Below are positions 53,901-59,900 of a stretch of DNA of 64,000 nt, in pieces. The notes beneath the pieces were generated by a model, which was not told where the DNA came from, made no database searches, and was given only the letters and a program-made list of their open reading frames with translations. The DNA is from Mizuhopecten yessoensis (lineage: Eukaryota). The first letter of the stretch is position 1, and the number at the start of each line of letters is the position of its first letter. The DNA lies in contig NW_018408909.1 in NCBI RefSeq assembly GCF_002113885.1, positions 130,922-194,921 on the forward strand, written 5' to 3'. Both the position numbers and the translations under genes were made by a program.

Positions 53901-56900
53901 CACGTCTGTAAACAGATAGCGTACAACTACATTCTGTAAGTAGTGGTTCATCCCCACGTCTGTAAACAGATCGCATACAACTACATTCTGTAAGTAGTGG
54001 TTCATCCCCACGTCTGTAAACGGATAGCGTACAACTAAATCCTGTAAGTCGTGGTTCATCCCCAAGTCTGTAAACAGATAGCATACCACTACATCCTGTA
54101 AGTAGTGGTTCATCCCCAAGTCTATAAACAGATAGCGTACAACTACATCCTGTAATTAGTGGTTCAACCCCACGTCTGTAAACAGATAGCGTACAACTAC
54201 ATTCTGTAAGTAGTGGTTCATTCCCACGTCTGTAAACAGATAGCATACAACTACTTCCTGTAAGTAGTGGTTCATCCCCAGGTCTGTAAACAGATAGCAT
54301 ACAACTACATCCTGTAAATAGTGGTTCATCCCCACGTCTGTAAACAGATCGCATACAACTACATTCTGTAAGTAGTGGTTCATCACCACTTCTGTAAACA
54401 GATAGCGTACAACTACATCCTGAAAGTAGTGGTTCATCCCCACGTCTGTAAACAGAATGCATAAAACTACATCTTGTAAGTAGTGGTTCATCCCCAAGTC
54501 TGTAAACAGATAGCATACAACTACATCCTGTAAGTAGTGGTTCATACCCACGTCTGTAAACAGATAGCATACAACTACATCCTGTAAGTAGTGGTTCATA
54601 CCCACGTCTGTAAACAGATAGCATACAACTACTTCCTGTAAGTAGTGGTTCACCCCCAGGTCTGTAAACAGATAGCATACAACTACATCCTGTAAGTAGT
54701 GGTTCATACCCACGTCTGTAAACAGATAGCATACAACTACATCCTGTAAATAGTGGTTCATCCCCACGTCTGTAAACAGATAGCGTACAACTACATTCTG
54801 TAAGTAGTGGTTCATTCCCACGTCTGTAAACAGATAGCATACAACTACATCCTGTAAATAGTGGTTCATCCCCACGTCTGTAAACAGATAGCGTACAACT
54901 ACATTCTGTAAGTAGTGGTTCATTCCCACGTCTGTAAACAGATAGCATACAACTACTTCCTGTAAGTAGTGGTTCATCCCCACGTCTGTAAACAGATAGC
55001 ATACAACTACATCCTGTAAATAGTGGTTCATCCCCACGTCTGTAAACAGATCGCATACAACTACATTCTGTAAGTAGTGGTTCATCACCACTTCTGTAAA
55101 CAGATAGCGTACAACTACATCCTGTAATTAGTGGTTCAACCCCACGTCTGTAAACAGATAGCGTACAACTACATCTTGTAAGTAGTGGTTCATCCCCAAG
55201 TCTGTAAACAGATAGCATACAACTACATCCTGTAAGTAGTGGTTCATGTGGGCTAGATGTCAAGTGTTGTATTTGATTCGTGTAATTTAAAGTTAAAAAT
55301 ATTTATGAAATGACATTCTTTATTTTAAATTTTTAGGCAACTATATCTTGATATATATTTTTTTTCCATTCTGTTGTAAATGATATGACAGAATGTACAA
55401 ACAGATGAAGGCTTCGTCTGATATTTATTAGGAAAGTTTACATGTGGACTAAAATGAATGCTGTATATCGGGGAAATTTTTGCCACAGTTTAACCTTCCC
55501 CATTTTTGCCTTCTGCAATCGGGGCATATCTATCATTACAGCGACCATTAGTTAACAGCTGTGAAGGGCAAAATTAACACTATGCAAATATGGATTTTAC
55601 AGGCTTAGGGGAAAAGTTTTACTGGGTTAAGTTTTCCAGTATACAGTCTGTTTTGGTATGGAAGGAATTGTTGATGATTGTGTGTTCTTTGACCAACAGA
55701 GCGGACCATGAAGACCAGGAGGTCGTCATGTTCAACAGGATCATGCTACCGTCGTACTACGGTCTGCTGCGGATGTGTTGTCAGCAGTCTCGCTCCTTCA
55801 CTCGAACTCTAGCCCAACACCAGAACATCCAGTGGGCCTTCAAGAACATATCACCCTACCCAGCTCAGTACACTCAGGTCAGTTATCAGGCATGGGAGAG
55901 GTGGTGTCTCTGGCTTAAAAGACAATTGTCTTTAATTACAGAATATATATCATTGATTTCAATACTGAGAATCATATCAAGAGAAACTTGTTCTTACCGG
56001 TTAGAATTTTCTCAGCACAGTTAAGAAATGTGAACTTGCAATATGAAAGCTCACTGCCATTTCATTGGTAAATATCATATTGCTATGACCACACACTCAA
56101 TCTTATTTGTTAGCAGACAGTGAAATCACAAACAAACAAAAAAACTTAACCTCTTACTTAGTTTTTGTTTAACTTAGAATGTTTAATTTTGTTACAGGCT
56201 GTTGAAGAGTTGTTCAAGATCATGAAGATGATGGCCACAAAGTACCAAGACAGTACTGAGGAAGAAATCCGCTCAGTCAATCTCTTCAAGCGCAACATGA
56301 TGCAGATGTTCCTCAACTTTCTGGATGCACGCTCCATGTGGCAGACACTCATTAGGTGGGTGATAGGCTATAACGATGACAAGTTCAGTACACTTTCAAA
56401 TTACACTACCACCCTTTGTCAAGACAGAATTTTGGCACGATAAAGAAGTATAAAGAAAGAAACATGTAAATGAAATTTTAAGAAATAGGTAAAAAAAATG
56501 GACCTTGAATTATGTTGGTGTAAAGTGAAGTGAGGGATATAACATAACAATATAGAGAGTACAGGGGTACTTTACTATCCCAAAGCATCAGCTACCAAGC
56601 TACATGTTTACACGAAGGAACACTTTTTCCTCTCTCAACACTGAGTTAATGTTAATGAGTAGTTCAGTGAAGAATTAATCTCAATGATGAAGTCAAAGAG
56701 GATTTATATTTCTTTATTGATTTTGGTTTATAGTGCATTGAAGGTTCTGATAGACACCACAGATGACAGACTGTTGCTGATATATCAACAGGGCCTCCAG
56801 ATGATCACAGAGGTAAGCAAGTTCTCCTGCTTGTTAGAGGATGTACTAGGATTCCAATTGAAATATTTAATGCATTACATAATTAAATTCAAACAGCTAA

Positions 56901-59900
56901 CATATGTATATATACATTTGTACATGATTTTTGTCTGCAGAACATGTTGGTTATATCAGAATGTTAGTATAATATATGCATTAGACCATCTAATTTAAAC
57001 TATAAAAAAAATTGTATTCATGATTTGAATATTTTGTAAAATGTGAAAAAATGAAATTTGCATTTCCGCTTCTGTGGTATTGATATTTATGAAATACATG
57101 GCATTCAGGCTGAGTTCAAAGGATGCATTCATTAAATTGTCATACAAAAACTACAGTTGTTCATTGCTAACTACTGTTTTGTTATATGGGATATGTATGT
57201 TTTACAGGCGTTCAACACACTACATGTGATGTACCACGAGGCCACAGCATGTCATGTGACTGGAGATATTGTTGACCTACTGTCCATACTTCTGCCAGTC
57301 CTCAAGGTTGCCAGACATTTCCATGAAAAGAAAGGTAATAACTCTGCTCCTGCGTCTCCTCTTTGGTATTTAATGGGTAATCATACAACATTACATCTGT
57401 AGCATACTTTATCAGTTAACCTGCAGTATATCATTGGAATAATGGGTAATTGTTTACTGATAGTTTCATCTTGTTGATCATGTGATGCTTCCGACTTGTA
57501 ATTAGGATGAAGTATTACACAGAAATCATGGTTTCAATTTACATAAAGGAGATCTTAATAGAACTGAAGAAAGATAAATCCCAAATTGCATTGAAAATGA
57601 ACCATTGTCCTCTATTAAATATGGCTATCATCATACATTTAAGGTTCCACGGCAGCTGATGTGAATACAGTGCTACAGAGTTGGAAAGACAGGATGGAGT
57701 TTGTGAAGAAGTTATTAACACTTCTAAACTCTTATACACCTCCAGAGATTCGCCACATTTCCATAGGTAGGAGCGGCTGTGGATTTACACTCCGAATCAT
57801 TGGAATGGACTTGGAATATGATAAAAAAAAAAACTGGATTATTATTGAGTTTTGTGTATGAGCCCAAAGCTGTTTCATTGATCTACATTGATCTATCAAA
57901 GAATCTATAAAGTGATCAACATACGCATATGCATCTAATACTTTTGTAGTTTCATCTCAGATTTTTCTATTTTGAACGATTTATTGTTGACAGCACATTG
58001 GCTATACCAATATTTAATCTCACGCCTAACTTTCTGTGGTACATGTAGTATTGAGTTGCTGACTCCTGACACTGGTAATACTAATGATGACGTTTGTGTT
58101 GACAGAGGTGTTGCGAGAGATGATCCTGACATTCCAGAGCGAGTGTGTCCATACTGTGGTCCCCATACTTACCCAGGCACATGTGGCCTTCCAGGAGAGT
58201 AACCTCCCAAGTATGTAGTGTTATAAATGTAGCGAGTCAAACAAAAAATAAAGTTAGAAGTGAAAAGTTCATGTTCAATCTTTGTTTTGCCTTGTTAAGT
58301 TCTCCTTATGAATGTGGGAGGAAATATTGTCAAATTTATGCTATAAATCAATGCCGAGTAGTTGCAATGTTTTCCAAAGTGTAGACTTTTAATTGATTTC
58401 GATTGTAACAATTCTTGATGTTTTTATATGTGAGGTTAACAATATTGAGACATGTTTGTATTTACAGTGACAATGGGTCCATATTTTCCTCGGAGGGGGC
58501 AGAAACCGATAGGTCCAAAGTCTAACATTCGACCACCACGACCCCAGTTCAACATGATGTTACACTCCAGCCAGATAGAAGCCACAAAGGTGAAACAGGA
58601 GTAACGTAATATCTGATACCATATAACTGGACCATTTTCGTTTATCGTGGTCCAAACGGCTAAACCGGTTGAACCAGACTTGTTTGTTTATGAAATAAGG
58701 TCGGACCTAGAAATCTGTTGCTGCTTTCAGGCAAGCCTTGACAAAGCCTTACAAGGCCTCGATAAACATTTGCATGTCCCCCAGGATTTATACCCGAAAT
58801 GTAACATTTAAAAACAGACAAACTGTTTGTTCCACATGTACGAACAGGCCCCTGTAACAGAGAAATGACCTGGGCCTGTATTCGTAAAACCATTGTCACG
58901 ACTCAAAGAATCGAGATCTATGCACAAACTGTCTTATTCGTAATTCACTAATTTCTTGTGAAAGGATCTAAAAGTAAATACTATTAAATACTTACGAAAC
59001 ATGAAATAAGTCATTTTAAAAGATACTCTCTAGCTTGAATAAAGAAGGGAGCTTCAACACTGAATCGGAGTTTGAGAATGAAAACAGTTTAAGAATTTAG
59101 GCCCTGGTGCAAAATACATCTGGGGGTAACTGTTGTTATGGAATTACTATGGGGAGAAAATATAGATATTGAGAAAGAACAGTTGAACGGTTTCTGTCAA
59201 AATGGTAATCTCCTTGGTATTCTAGGAGATTGTACACCAAAAGTGTATAGACAGATCTAGTATGTACAAATGTTTATTTAATTTACAGGCAGTCAAAAAC
59301 TAATGACATCATAAATCAAAAGTCATTGAAACAAAATGTCTATTGCAGGGGGTAGATGATATGTATGACAACGCCTTGTTGGACTTCTTTTCACCTTATC
59401 ATGCCCTGGTTGATCTTCTGTGTCGTGTTGCTGTCAATCATCAGAGCCTCAATGAGGCAATCATCAATCTTAGTAAGTATTAGTTCTGTGGCAATAATCT
59501 GTCAGGAGCCTGACTAAGTTAGTTCCAAAAGTCAACTTAAAATTGTAAGAAAGAGCATATTCAGAATAATCATATATTACAACAACTACTTTGATACTAA
59601 ATTAATTTTTGATACATTTAATTGACAAGAAATATAAATAAATGTATATACAAATTAAAGGGATTGGACATAAGCTAAGCTTTTTTTTTAAGTCCTTGAA
59701 TACATTGAATTTAATCCAGTGTAGATTCGAAACGTTCAGAAATGTACAGGTCATGTCATTGAAGTTATGCATATAAGCATACAAAAGTCTAGTTTCTCTC
59801 ACTGTTAAGGCTCTCGGTTTATAATGAAGTGTGAAGCTGCTCCTGTTGTTTCTATTTGATGGATGTCTGCTCTGTAAATTTCAGGTGCCATGGTTGCTAT

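Noticed and set aside
53715-55263. Minus-strand ORFs of 457, 311 and 134 aa
   Set aside because: By-products of the 54-bp (18-codon) array antisense to USP34; two frames are open at once and there is no unique sequence
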